Source of the DNA: the human T2T-CHM13v2.0 reference genome, Homo sapiens
NCBI RefSeq assembly: GCF_009914755.1
Contig: NC_060932.1
Reading direction: 5' to 3' (one strand)
Length of the DNA stretch: 64,000 nt
The notes under the pieces are model-generated. The model did no database searches, was not told the DNA's origin, and worked only from the letters and a program-made list of their open reading frames with translations. Positions within the stretch are counted from its first letter, which is position 1, and every line of letters starts with the position of its first letter. Below, one piece after another: positions 39,444 through 57,330 of this stretch. The translations under genes were made by a program, and so were the position numbers.

Positions 39444-39690
39444 TCCAGACCGAGTGCGTCCCGTGCCCACGCCCCGTCCCCCGGGTCGCCTGTCCAGACC
39501 GAGTGCGTCCCGTGCCCACGCCCCGTCCCCCGGGTCGCCTGTCCAGACCGAGTGCGTCCCGTGCCCACGCCCCGTCCCCTGGGTCGCGTGTCCAGACCAA
39601 GTGCGTCCCGTGCCCACGCACCATTTCCCGGGTCACCTGCTCAGACCAAGTATGTCCCAAGCCCGCGCCCATTCCCCGGGGTCACCTGCT
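39444..39690. repeat. 49-bp CpG-rich minisatellite, about 5 copies, decaying 3'
   Basis: Unit tccagaccgagtgcgtcccgtgcccacgccccgtcccccgggtcgcctg; spacing 39444 to 39493. Confidence 0.93.
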
Positions 39691-40384
39691 CCTTCTCCAC
39701 TCACCCAGAGGAAGGTGACAGAATGTGGGGATCTGCTTTAATCTGATATCTTCCTGGGGATTTCCTGTCCCCCAGGACAGGAAGCGGGCATCCACTGCTG
39801 GGCCTCCGGCTCCTTGTTCTAGTCTGTGGGAACTCGCTGGAGAAGGAGGCAGTGTCCCCAAAGCAGGAAATTCCTAAGGAAGGAACCTCTGCCTTCGGTC
39901 CCAGGCAGACCCTAGGGACGCTTTCCTGAGACCACTGAGGTCTGCAGAAGCTAATGGTCACCGGGATGGGTCAGCTCTGCAGGAAGCAGGGCGAGGCCAC
40001 CGCTCCTGCACCCAGGTCCCTGACAGGAGATGCCCGTATTGGGACCTTTCCAGAGGAGAGAGGCGTCCCCAGCTCCTGTCATGGAAGCAGGTCATGCACC
40101 TTCAGGCTGGCCTCAGACCAGGGCACAGCCAAGGCTTCCTGCCCTCTAGGGACTGCAGGTGGGAGGGGAAGGGGGTTCAGCTAGTTCCATGCTGGATACC
40201 GTGGGGTGCAGGGGCTTCCAGACATCAGGAGGTGGGAGCGCTGCCTGACACTCAGGCTTCCAGCAGCAGAGACCTCACGGGGGTGAGCCCTTTCACTGCC
40301 GCTTTGGTGGTGCAGGAAGCCTGGACCCAGCTCCCGGCTGGGGCATCCCATGAACAAGAGGAGGGTAGGAACCCAGCAGAGGAC

Positions 40385-42150
<1,766 letters not shown>

Positions 42151-42160
42151 AACTAAAGGC

Positions 42161-42489
<329 letters not shown>

Positions 42490-42763
42490 CTATTTTTAAT
42501 AAAAGCAGGTGTCCGAAGCGTCAGGGAGCCCCGCTGGAGGGAGAGCCTGTGGGCGTCCTGGGGAGAATTGGGTGCCAGGTGCTCACCGGACCCCTGGAGC
42601 CCAGTGCGGGGAAGCTGTGGCAGGGAGCATGGAAGGCTCTGCGCAGATCAGCCCTCCCTGGGCACTGAAGATCTTCCCTGGAGGGAGGGCCTGTCATGGA
42701 GTGGGAACATGCTGGGGGGCGCACAGGCCCCAGCCCTTCTGCCCCCTAGAGAGGGAGGCCCTT

Positions 42764-43053
42764 GGCCAGGCACGGTGGCTCACGACTGTTATCTCAGCAC
42801 TTTGGAAGGCCAAGGTGGACAGATCACCTGAGGTCAGGAGATCAAGACCAGCCTGGCCAACATGGTGAAACCCGGTCTCTACTAAAAATACACAAATTAG
42901 CCAGGCGTGGTGGTGGGCACCTGTAATCCCAGCTACTTGGGAGGCTGAGGCAGGAGAATCGCTTGAACCAAGAAGTGGACGTTGCAGTGAGCCAAGATCA
43001 CGCCACTGCACTCCAGCCTGGGTGACAGAGGGAGACCCTGTCTCAAAAAAAAA
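42764..43053 (+). mobile_element. AluS
   Basis: Dimer; TSD-like ggaggccctt. Confidence 0.93.
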
Positions 43054-43179
43054 CAGAGAGAGAAGGAGGCCCTTGCTCACATGTCAGGATTGAGGCCCAG
43101 GAGACCCAGGGGTGGGCAGAATGTGAGGGACTGAGAGCTCAAGGCTGAGTCGGCTTGGAAGAAAAGTCAAGGTGATTGA

Positions 43180-43547
<368 letters not shown>

Positions 43548-44589
43548 ATGTTGTCGTAGTTTGGGTTTGGTTTGGTTTTATTGTGTGTTTTGGCACAGCC
43601 CTTGCTCAAACCCTGCAGAAAACAGAAGACAGGTATGTACTGACTGGTTTCAACTAGTGTGGGAAAACCTGGGTACCCTCCCCTCTGTTTCCCTGAAGGC
43701 GCCCAGGCCACCAGCTTCATGAGCACCCAGCGGATAGGGTGTGCCTGGTACCACCACAGGAAGGCCAGCTCTGGACACAGGGAGGACGCACGAAAGGCCG
43801 AGACAGTGCCCAGCCAGTGCGGATCCTGTACGCCGGCTGCTGGGTTCTCCTCCCTGTGGCCATCCACCTTCATGCTCTGCCCTCACACCCTGGGGCCATG
43901 AGGCCAGACAGACTGGGCTTCGATCTGCCATGTTCCTGGCATGCACTTTAGGTGGGCGCGCTGCTCCAGTTCTCCCTCTGTGCCATGACAGCAGCTACAA
44001 CTGAGGGCCCTGGGTGCACATGAGTGTGCAGTGAAGGTCAGGCATCCGTGAGGTCCACCGTCACACACTCCCAAGGGACCCCCAGCCAGCGCTGCACAAC
44101 CACCAGGGCCACAGCAGCTCTGTCTTAACCATGTGCTGAGTTGTCTCGTAAATCAGTCCCAAAGCCACACACAAACCCTAGTATCACACAGACCTCCCTC
44201 AGGTGCTGGGGGCCCTGGTCCAGTCACCCCCTGCCTATTGACCACACTCCTCCACAGTGATGCACCCCAGTGCTGAGACCTCTGGCGGACTCATATAACC
44301 CTCCCCCCAGCACTGTGGTTCGGGTCTATCTCTTCCTGGGCCCAGGTCTCTTCTACCCAGGATCCCGTCTCTCCCGGACTGTGATGTGGGCGGCCTCGGC
44401 ACTATGAGGCCAGGTGTCTGCCTTCCCTACAGACACTGGACTCTCGTATCTTCCCCGCTGGCTCCCTGGACCCAGGGCAGTGCAGCTTGGTTGGCTCAAG
44501 ATCACAGCTCACCCCCGCTGAGGATTCCAAGGAGCATAATAGCTATGACAAAAATAATCTTAGAACAGACCTCTTCACATCCCCGAGAG

Positions 44590-44730
44590 GAGATGACTGT
44601 GACCTTCATCACTCCCATCTTACAGATGAGGAAACTGAGGCACAGGAAGGCTAAGTGCCTTGCCCAGGACCAGATAGCAATTCTGAGGCAGTTCTGGGAT
44701 CTAAGCACAGGTGGCCTGGCTCCTGGGTCC
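44590..44730 (-). mobile_element. MIR fragment
   Basis: cccatcttacagatgaggaaactgaggcacag core. Confidence 0.75.
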
Positions 44731-45046
44731 ACACACTCAACCCTACCCACAGCCCCCTCAACATGGTGGGGCCATCTGTGCTTCATCATGCACAGTGGCC
44801 TTCCAACCTCTGCCAGCTGCACAGAACAGGTGTGGACAAGGCCTTGGCCATGCACCATACTCAGGATGGTCTCTGCCTTGGAGAATCATGAGGCAGCACT
44901 GGTCTCCAGGGCCAGGTGGGCTGATGTCCAATGCTGGCTCAACAGCTTACTTGTTGTGCAAATCAGCCTGGTCCCCTGCCCTCTCTGAGCCGTGGTTCTT
45001 CATCTGTAAAATGATGATGTCCACGGCTCCTACCATATTGAGCTGG

Positions 45047-45220
45047 CAGGATCACACACACAGCACCTGCCTACAAGGATTACAGGATCACACACACAGC
45101 ACCTGCCTACAAGGATTACAGGATCACACACACAGCACCTGCCTACAAGGATTACAGGATCACACACACAGCACCTGCCTACAAGGATTACAGGATCACA
45201 CACACAGCACCTGCCTACGA
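45047..45220. repeat. 36-bp minisatellite, about 5 copies
   Basis: Unit caggatcacacacacagcacctgcctacaaggatta. Confidence 0.95.
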
Positions 45221-46466
45221 GGCACATGGTGCAGGACTAACATAGTCCTGGCGGTTATCCAAATGGCCAATTCACCAAAGCCAGTGTGACTGCTTGCAAA
45301 ACGGCCACAGAACTTGCACCTGTTATCTGTTGCTATATAACCCATTCCCCCGACATGTACTGGCTGGAACAGCAAGCGCTTCTCTCAAGCTTCTGTGGGT
45401 CAGGCTCACAGGAGCAGCTCAGCAGGTCCCTCGGGCTCAGGGTACTTCATGGGGCTGCAGCCGTGCTGTCGGCCGGAGCTGTGTCGTCTGGGGCTGGCTC
45501 CCAAGATGGCCCCACAGGCGGCTGCTTCTCACTACATGAGCGTCTCCATCGGCTTCTGGGTTTCCTCACAACATGGCGGCCGGCTTCTCCCAGAGCAAGT
45601 GACCAGAGGGTGAGAGCAGTCGGACGCCATGGAGCCCCTTGGGACCTGTGTCTGAAGTCACTCTGTCTGGACCTCACTTTATTCCGTCTGTGGAAGTGAG
45701 TCACTCAGCCCAGGCCACACTCAAGGAGGCGAATGAGGTTCTGTCTCTGGATAGGAGGAGTGGCCAAGAGTTTTGCCCCAGGTTCTAAAATAGAACCATT
45801 TCGTTTTCACTGACCACTTCCATTCGCTGTTCGTTACAGCTCTGTAAGAAAAGGCGCGTCTGTGTCCCAGGTCCTGGCTGCTGCCAGGTGACAGAGAGAT
45901 GGGAAACAGAAGGTTGTAAAGAAATATGCCCCCAAAATACATTCCTGACTATGCGTCCTCACGGACAGACGCTCCATGGCCATGTCTGTATGCGTGGGAA
46001 CACAGCCATGGGCCATGGTATTTGCTGTCTGTCCCTCTGCCAGGACAGTCCCTCTGCTGTAGACAGCATGGCATGCCCACCATCCCTCCTTCAGGCTTCC
46101 GAGGAGGCTTCCCCGAGGCCATGCTGCGGTGCTTGAGGGTTGCAGGAAGCAAAACCGCGAATGAGGGGGGCTGCTGCTGGTGTGAAGCGAAGCATGGACA
46201 CATGTTCTTTGTTCCAGCACCCCGAATGGAGAAGCCTAACCCTTCCCCACTTCCCCCACCACTGTCACAGTCAGGTGTCTGCCAGGTGTGCAGCCCACTC
46301 TTCCTCTGGGCTGCTTCTCTGCTCCTGTGCTGAGACTATGCTGTGCCAGTTACTGTTGCTTCCAAAGGGCTGTGTCTGCTTGAGCAAACTCTCTTCCCGT
46401 GTTCTTCGTTGGTTCCTCAGCTGCCGTGTCTTACCATTGGTATGTCCATGTAAGTTCTAGAATTAG

Positions 46467-46782
<316 letters not shown>

Positions 46783-47653
46783 TAGCTTTTCAAGTTTACA
46801 AAAGTCTTGCTAGGATTTTGACCGGAATTGCATTGCATCTGTAAGGTGAAATTGAGAGCTGATATTTTAAAAATATTAAGTCAGGCAATTCACGAGCCTG
46901 GGCTTTATCACCATTTATTTGGGTCTTGTTTAATGTCTCACAAAAACACTGTATAATTTTCCCCATGAAGATCCTCCATATGTTTTGTTGGATTTATTCC
47001 AAGTTACTTTATGCCTTTGATGTTGTGAATGGTGTCTTTCCATTTTCATTTTCATTTTGACCATCAGAACTGGCTTCTGACGACCCTAAAGTAGAATCCT
47101 CACTCCTAGTTAGGACTCACGGGCCCCAGAGCCCTCACATCCTCCTCTCTGGCTTCCCAGAAGACCAGCTCGACAGGGGCCTCCTTGGGCACCCAGTAGC
47201 CATTGCTCTAGGTGGACCAGCGGTGGGGTGAGAGGACTCTGCCCACCCCGGACCCAGCTCCTCGGCTTCCCCTTCTAGGAGTTCAACTGAATGGGCAGTG
47301 AGGAGTGGGGACTCTCCAAGCCAGGCCATGCACCTGCTTCCCAGGGCTGGCCTGAGGCCGGCAAATGCCCTTATACCCTACCTGGGGCCCGCTCCTCTTG
47401 CCTGCCCTGCCTTACTTAACATCATAAACTTCATCCTGGAAAGAACCCTGATGTGATGGGTGGGCAGTGCCCTAGGAGGGGCTCAGACCCCAGTCCACGT
47501 AAGGAGATTCATCCTGCAGAGAAACCCCGTGAAATCCCAAGGGGAGAACATTCACCCAGTGAGTGCAATGAACTCACAGAAACGTTCAGGTCTAGGTAAC
47601 CTGTTACCAACACCAGAGAATCCACACAGATAATTTGCACAGGAAGAAGCCCT

Positions 47654-47962
47654 GGCCAGGTGTACTGCTCACGCCTGTAATCCCATGCTTTGGGAGGCCG
47701 AGACAGGCAGACGGCTTGAGCCCAGGGTTTCGAGATCAGCCTGGGCAACATAGCAAGGCCCCGTCTCTACAAAAAAAAAAAAAATGAAAAAATTAGCCAG
47801 GCATGGCGTTGCACGCCCATGGTCCCAGCGACTCAGGAGGCTGGGGCAGGAGGATCGCTTGACCCAGGGAGGTTGAAGCTGCAGTGAGCAGAGATGGAGC
47901 CACTGCACTCCACCCTACGTGACAGAGCGAGACCCTGTCTCAAAAAAAGAAAGAAAAAAGAA
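47654..47962 (+). mobile_element. AluJ-like
   Basis: Dimer plus A tail. Confidence 0.92.
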
Positions 47963-48992
47963 ACCTTGCAATGATCCTGAGAAAGGACTTTTAAATGTAG
48001 CGTGGAAGAGCTGGACAAACTGCAGCCTTTTGGTATGTCCATGTAAGTTCTAGAATTAGCTCAGAGAGTGGGTTTATGCTGGAAGGGAGCTTCCTCTACT
48101 GCCCAGCCTGTGCCACCCTGGATAAGTTACCTCTGAGTGAGTCCGTTAGTGGGTGAACATGGGAAAGATTACGTAATTGGAGAATAAATGGATTTACCAC
48201 CAATGTCTTGTCATAGATTATAAGCCCGAGGGGCGGGTGTTAATTTTTCCAATTAAATTGGTGTGACATATAATTAAGGAATGTGCTCACAGGTAAGGAG
48301 CTGGGGTTTCATGGAAGAATGATTCTGCTTAGTGGCCTGACATTTTTGTGTCTCTTGCTTGCTCTGCATGCAAAAGCCTCACCGGTTCACTTGTTCACGC
48401 GGTCTCCTCGCCTGTGCTCCAAAACAGAGATTCTGGACCCCGGCCACACACAAGAATCATCTGGGGGTGATTTTTCAAAACACTGATGCTAGATGCCAGC
48501 CCCTCTGCCCCTACCCCAGCTACAGTGGGATCTCTTAGAGGTGGGGGACTGGTCAGCATTTCTCCAAGCTCTTAGGAGTTTCAAATGAACAGCCCGAGCT
48601 GTGCCCCACTGCACCAGGGAGCTTGTGCCATCTGCTGCCACTCAGGCCCTGCCTGATCATCAGAGTCACTGGGAAGCTTCTAAAATTACAGGTTATGAGG
48701 CTTAACCCCAATGGCATTCTGTCTGACCAGCTCTTGGATGATGTCTGGAAATCCCTTTTTTTTTTTTTTTTTTTTTTCTTAAAAAGATTCCAAACTGATT
48801 CTGATTATGAGCAGGTTTAGGAACCAATGCCATAAAGGGCGTGAAAACCAAGGTAGCAGCTGTCCCGCCAGGCAGGGAAGACCTGGGCACTCCCTAGGCC
48901 CTGCCATGCCCCACACCATCCTGGGCATCCTCCATCTTCACACCATTTGGTCTTCATTGAAGATCCCATGAGATCCTGTTCCTACCCCGTCA

Positions 48993-49123
48993 TGCAGGAG
49001 GGACCGCTGAGGGCATCTGAACATTGTGCAGGAGGGAACGCTGAGGGCATCTGAACATTGTGCAGGAGGGAACACTGAGGGCATCTGAACATCGTGCGGG
49101 TGGGAACGCTGAGGGCATCTGAA
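48993..49123. repeat. 34-bp minisatellite, about 4 copies
   Basis: Unit gcaggagggaacgctgagggcatctgaacattgt. Confidence 0.9.
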
Positions 49124-49357
49124 GTTGAGGAGCTTGCCCACATCAGCAGTGGGGTGCAGGGGTTGGAATCCAGACCCAGACCCGCCTGCCTTGGCTCCAT
49201 CCCACCTGCTGTCCGAGACTCTGGGCGCCTGCCTGTGGATCCAGGCTCCAGCACACCGCTCAGCAGGCCCCACAGTCCTGGGAGGTCCAAGCCCTGGAAC
49301 AAAGCAAAGCGCAGGCCTGCGTCTACACACCTGTCTCTGTGGGCTCTGTTCCTCTGA

Positions 49358-49725
<368 letters not shown>

Positions 49726-50619
49726 TAACTTCTAAAAGTTAGATTCTGGCTTCTAAAAGTGTGGCGCTGTTTTAGGATGGTTTTAGGATGGCTCAGTCCA
49801 TCCAGTGGGAAGATTCTTTAAGCCCCTTGAACGTTTGGGCTGGAGAGAGAGTGAAATGAGGGCAGAGGTGCTGATTGGCCCCACACCAGTCACTGACAAT
49901 GGCAGCTCCCGAGACGGCCATGGGTGCAGCCAGTGGGCACATTGCCCCCATTTTAAAATAACTTATAAATTACAAGCCAAGTTTAGCAAGTGGGTACTGC
50001 ACTAAGGGCTTTGTGAGGACTTTTCACGTAGCCTTCACAATGACCCCACAGGGCAGGTGCTATCATCTTGCCCCATTTGACAGGAAATCTACTGACCATC
50101 CCAAGGCACACAGCCAGCAGTGGTGCTGATGTCCAGGCCCAGTGCTTTGACACTGTCGAGTTTCTTAAACCCTCTGAGCCTTCATTGTTTTATCTGCAAA
50201 GTGGAGACACCACCAGCAGTGAGTCAAGCACGAAACTAGGTGATTGATGCCTGTGCCCAGGACGCCGGGAGGATCTCAGCCACAGCTGTTGCCTGTGCCA
50301 GCCGCTGCGGAGAAGGATGCCACAGGCACAGGGCACCAGGGCGATGGGCTCTCCAGGGGCAGTGTCAGTGGCTCAGTCACCCACTGAGGCTGGTATCCCA
50401 GGCTCAATGCCCACAGGGGTTCCAGTGCAAGTCCTGGGCCCCAGGAGGACCCGCACCCCAGGGCTCATCAGTCAGCCAGTCAATCAGTCCACAGGCACTA
50501 GCTGAGCGCCCGCTGTCTGTGAAGCACCCTGGTGGAGCTGACGCTCTTATCCTTGGGCAGTAAAGAAGCGAACACTGCGGTTCAGGAGTTCAGCACAGCA
50601 GTCCTGGGGTCACTGCTAA

Positions 50620-52663
<2,044 letters not shown>

Positions 52664-53154
52664 GAAAATTCCCAACCCACCGACCCTGTGGGGCTGGACC
52701 CTACATAATATACTGCAAAAATCAGGGCTTCCAGGCAGAAACATCAAATAACTTTCAGGAGCATGAGAATTAGATGGGCCTGAAACTCCTCAAAATCAAT
52801 AAAAATGAACATAGCAACAACGAAGCAGCATTTTCAAAAATCTCAAGAAAAGGGAGAAAACAACGAACTGTGCAGCCATTCAAGCTTTCCTTCAAGGAAT
52901 TACAGCTTCAAGAGAGCAGTTTTAAACTTGCCAGAGCTCAGGGGTCCTGCAACTATAGGCCCATCAGGAGGAACCTCCTAGATGGGCTTCCTCCAACCAC
53001 AAGCTGCTTACGGGTCAGCCGTAAGACCCACGGGGGTGATACATTGAATGGTAGACCCAACATAGAAAGAGAAGTGCAGTCGAGAGGGGAAGAACCATAT
53101 GTGCTGTGTGTGTTCTGACAAAGTTGAAATGGCATGACTTCAAAAAAAACACCA

Positions 53155-53687
53155 GGAAGAGGAGGAGGAGTGGGAGGAGGAGAAGGGGGGGAGGAGGAGG
53201 AGGCGAAGGGGGAGGAGGAAGAGAAGGAGGAGGGGGAAGAGGAGGAGGGGAAGGGGGAGGGGAAGGAGGGGGAGGGGAGGAGGAGAAGGGGAAGAGGAGG
53301 AGGAGGGGAAGGGGGGAGGAGGAGGGGGAGGAGGGGGAGGAGGGGGAGGGGAAAGGGGAAGGGGGTTGATGAAAAGGGGGGAGGAGGAGGGGAAGGGGGA
53401 GGAGGAGGGGAAGGGGGAGGAGGAGGGGAAGGGGGAGGAGGAGGGGGAGGGGGGAGGGGAAGGAGGGGAGGGGGACAAGGAGAAGGGGGGAGGAGGAGCG
53501 GAAGGGGAGGAGGAGGGGGAGGAGGAGGAGGGGGAGGGGGACGAGGAGAAGGAGGAGGAAGGGAAGGGGGAGGAGGAGGATGGGGAGGGGGAGGAGGGGA
53601 GGGGGAGGGGAGGGGGAGGGGAGGGGGAGGGGAGGGGGAGGGGAGGGGGAGGGGGAGGATGGGGAGGGGAGGGGGAGGAGGGGGAGG
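53155..53687. repeat. Polypurine (GGA/GGGGA)n low-complexity tract; continues at 54698-54817 beyond the LTR
   Basis: Nearly pure G/A on the + strand. Confidence 0.95.
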
Positions 53688-53982
53688 CGTAAGGTCCAGC
53701 CCCACAGGGTCAGTGGGTTTCTCCCCCTGTGCGGAGACAAGAGAGCATAGAAATAAAGACACAAGACAAAGAGATAAAAGAAAAAACAGCTGGGCCTGGG
53801 GGACCACTACCACCAAGACCCGGAGACCGGTAGTGGCCCCGAATGCCAGGCTGCACTGATATTTATTGGATACAAGACAAAGGGGCAGGATAAGGAGAGT
53901 GAGCCATCTCCAATGATAGGTAAGGCCACGTGGGTCATGTGTCCACTGGACAGGGGGCCCTTCCCTGCCTGGCAGCCGAGGC

Positions 53983-54013
<31 letters not shown>

Positions 54014-54697
54014 AGACAGCTTATGCCATTATTTCTGCTTATTAGAGACTTTTAATACTTTCACTAATTGACTACTGCTATCTAGAAGGCAGAGCCAGGT
54101 GTACAGGATGGAACATGAAAGCAGACTAGGAGCATGACCACTGAAGCACAGCATCACAGGGAGATGGTTAGGCCTCCAGATAACTGCGGGCGAGCCTGAC
54201 TAATGTCAGGCCCTCCACAAGAGGTGGAGGAGTAGAATCTTCTCTAAACTCCCCTGGGGAAAGGGAGACTTCCTTTCCCGGTCTGCTAAGTAGCGGGTGT
54301 TCTTCCTTGACACTTACGCTACCGCTAGACCACAGTCCGCCTGGCAACGGGCATCTTCCCAGATGCTGGCGTTACCGCTAGACCAAGGAGCCCTCTGGTG
54401 GCCCTGTCCAGGCATAACAGAAGGCTCGCACTCTTGTCTTCTGGTCACTCCTCACTATGTCCCCTCAGCTCCTATCTCTGTATGGCCTGGTTTTTCCTAG
54501 GCTATGATTATAGAGTGAGGATTACTATAATATTGGAATAAAGAGTAATTGCTACCAACTGATGATTAATGATATTCATATATAATCATATCTAAGATCT
54601 ATATCTGGTATAACTATTCTTGTCTTGTATATTATTACACTGGAACAGCTCGTGTCCTCGGTCTCTTGCCTTGGCACCTGGGTGGCTTGCCGCCACA
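53688..54697 (-). mobile_element. LTR13 (HERV-K superfamily) full-length solo LTR, 1010 bp
   Basis: Minus strand starts TGtggcggcaagccacccaggtgcc and ends gaccctgtggggctggaccttacg; 6-bp TSD GGGAGG on both sides. Confidence 0.85.
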
Positions 54698-55522
54698 GGG
54701 AGGAGGGGGAGGGGGAGGAGGGGGAGGGGGAGGGGGAGGGGAGGGGGAGGGGAGGGGGAGGGGGAGGGGGATGAGGGGGAGGGGAGGAGGGGGAGGGGGA
54801 GGAAGAAAAGGGAAAAGCTCCCAGGTGGTTGTGCAGGCAGTAGGGAAAAGTGAAAGGGCACCATTCAATCCAACAGGCCAGACAGTAAACCACTCAGGAG
54901 GAAAGCAGTTCTCTGTCCCTCTCTAAGCTAAGAGACCGAAGTGTTTGTCTCCTGTCCTCAGTCCTCTTCTCTGGTGGCTGTCCCCTGCAGAGCAGACTGG
55001 GACCCCACTCACTAGCAATAGGACTCCCACATCGGAACATAGGACTGTGACCCAGAGGTGCCCAGGCAGCCATGAGAGGCAGCCCGCCACCCAGAACAAG
55101 AGGCCTGGGCTTCTGGGCAGCTCCAGCCTTTGCAGCACGCAGGCAGGGCACAAAACAGGGATGTGCGAGAGAAATGAGGAGCAGAGACATGGCAGAGCCT
55201 GGGGCCCCCAGCCCCTCTTCAGAGAGGCTGCCTCTGTGGGAAGCTCTGCAGGAAAGGGGTCCTCAGCCCTTGGAGCTTCTTTCCATATTTACAGGGTAGC
55301 TGGAGGGGGGGGGGGTCTGGTGACAATGGGAGATTCCGGGCCAGGGAAACAGCCTCTGCCCACATATCACATACCAATGGTGTTGGCACCAAATGGAGTC
55401 TCTGGTGGGCCGGCCCAGCCACCACCACGCCTGAAGGGACTGGAGGGGCCACCTGGCTCATTTAGAAGGCAAGGGGCTGTCTCTTTTGAGATAGGGGAAG
55501 GACACCTTTCTCCTTCTTCTGC

Positions 55523-55920
<398 letters not shown>

Positions 55921-56859
55921 TAGGCACCTGCTATGGGCTATGTGTTGGCCCCCGATAATACAAAGATGAAAAAGACAAGCCCTGACCGAGGGTCATGTGC
56001 AGCATGTAACCTGTATGGACAGCTACCCACGCAGCCTTGGCCTAAGGCTGGCAGGGGCGAGGCCGGGGCTGGCACAGAGGAGCTCGAACAGGTGGAGTCT
56101 TAAAAAGCAGGAAAGGGTCTGTCAGGCGGAGGCGGAGCAGGGGTGTTCAAGGCCCAGGGTTGAGGCATGCAGCCGATGCTGTGTGGCAGGGCAAGCACTT
56201 GCTGCTGAGTCTCCTGGAAGGGGAAAGGGTGGTGAGAGGGGCGGCCTGCAAGTCTGTGCAGGCCCCTTTGCAGCTGCTAAGGGGGCCCAGACCTCATCCT
56301 GCAGGACAGGCGTGAAGCTGGGAGGGCCACTGTGGGTTTGCCCGGTAAGTCAGTCCCTCCAGCTGCTGTAGGAGGGGTGGACAGGGGAGCCCAAATGAAG
56401 GCAGGGAGACCCCAGGGCAGGGCACAGAAGTAATGCTGGTGAGAGGAGATGGGGTTGCAGCCGGGACAGAGGAAGCAGGCTGGACAAGAGTGGGTGGTTT
56501 AAAACATTGGGAAGTAAAAGCAACAGGATGGGAGAGGGGGGTGGGACGAGGAGGGAGCAGAACTGCCTGGTTTTCAACACCTTGCTAAGTCCAGGAGGCA
56601 GTTGGAGAGAGGGCTGGGTGGGGGCAGGCAGTTCCTAGGGTGCCACGACACCAGCAGCACCTAAGATCTCCACTCATGCTCACTCAGTCCACACGACACG
56701 AGGGCCCAGCACACATCAGGCACCCAGAACAAGAACAGGTGGCTGCCCTCCAAGAGCTGATTTGCATGGGAGTGTGGGAGCGGGGGATAATTAATAATAA
56801 ATATAATAAGGAAATCATATAGAAAGTGGAAATGGGAAGTGTTGGGGGGGCAGAATGCT

Positions 56860-57330
56860 GCAGATATCCTAAGGAGATGTGCCAGAGCCAGCCCAATGCC
56901 CATCCTTCCCTTGGCTACAGGCGGCACTTGTGACTTGAATCTGAGTAGAACTGGGCCGAGGGGGTGGCATGTCACCCACAATTAGGTTCTGTTCCACAGG
57001 ACTCCATCTGGGGGTGGGGCTCTCCCACGGACCCTGGGGAAGCGGCCACCCTGTGAACCGCCCACCCTCCCACAGTAGGGACTGGCAGGCAGCCCCCGGG
57101 AGCTGAGAGCAGCTCCTGCCGGCCCTCAGTCCTACAGGTACCAGGACATGACTTCTGCCAGCAATCGCATGAGGTGGGAAGTGATCCTTCCCCAGTCCAG
57201 CCCCCAGATGAGAACACAGCGGCTGACCTGAGCTGAGGACCCAGCTAAGCCTGGCCTTCTGGCCCACAGAAGCCTTGAGATAATAGGCGGATGTCGTTTT
57301 AGGACACCCAATTTGCGGTACGTAGGGAAC
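56860..57330 (+). mobile_element. MLT1-type LTR fragment next to the CpG island
   Basis: cccagctaagcc...ggcccacagaagccttgagataata...ttttaggacacccaatttgcggt MLT1 3' signature. Confidence 0.55.

Noticed and set aside
48319-48486. Signal-peptide-like small ORF (MILLSGLTFLCLLLALHAKA...) as a new Ly6 gene
   Set aside because: No phase-1 donor, no downstream CxxC or CC-x4-CN exons found, and its 3' half appears to lie in a MER5-like relic.
52953-53859. Poly-Pro, poly-Gly and Glu-rich ORFs
   Set aside because: Polypurine tract plus LTR13 end.
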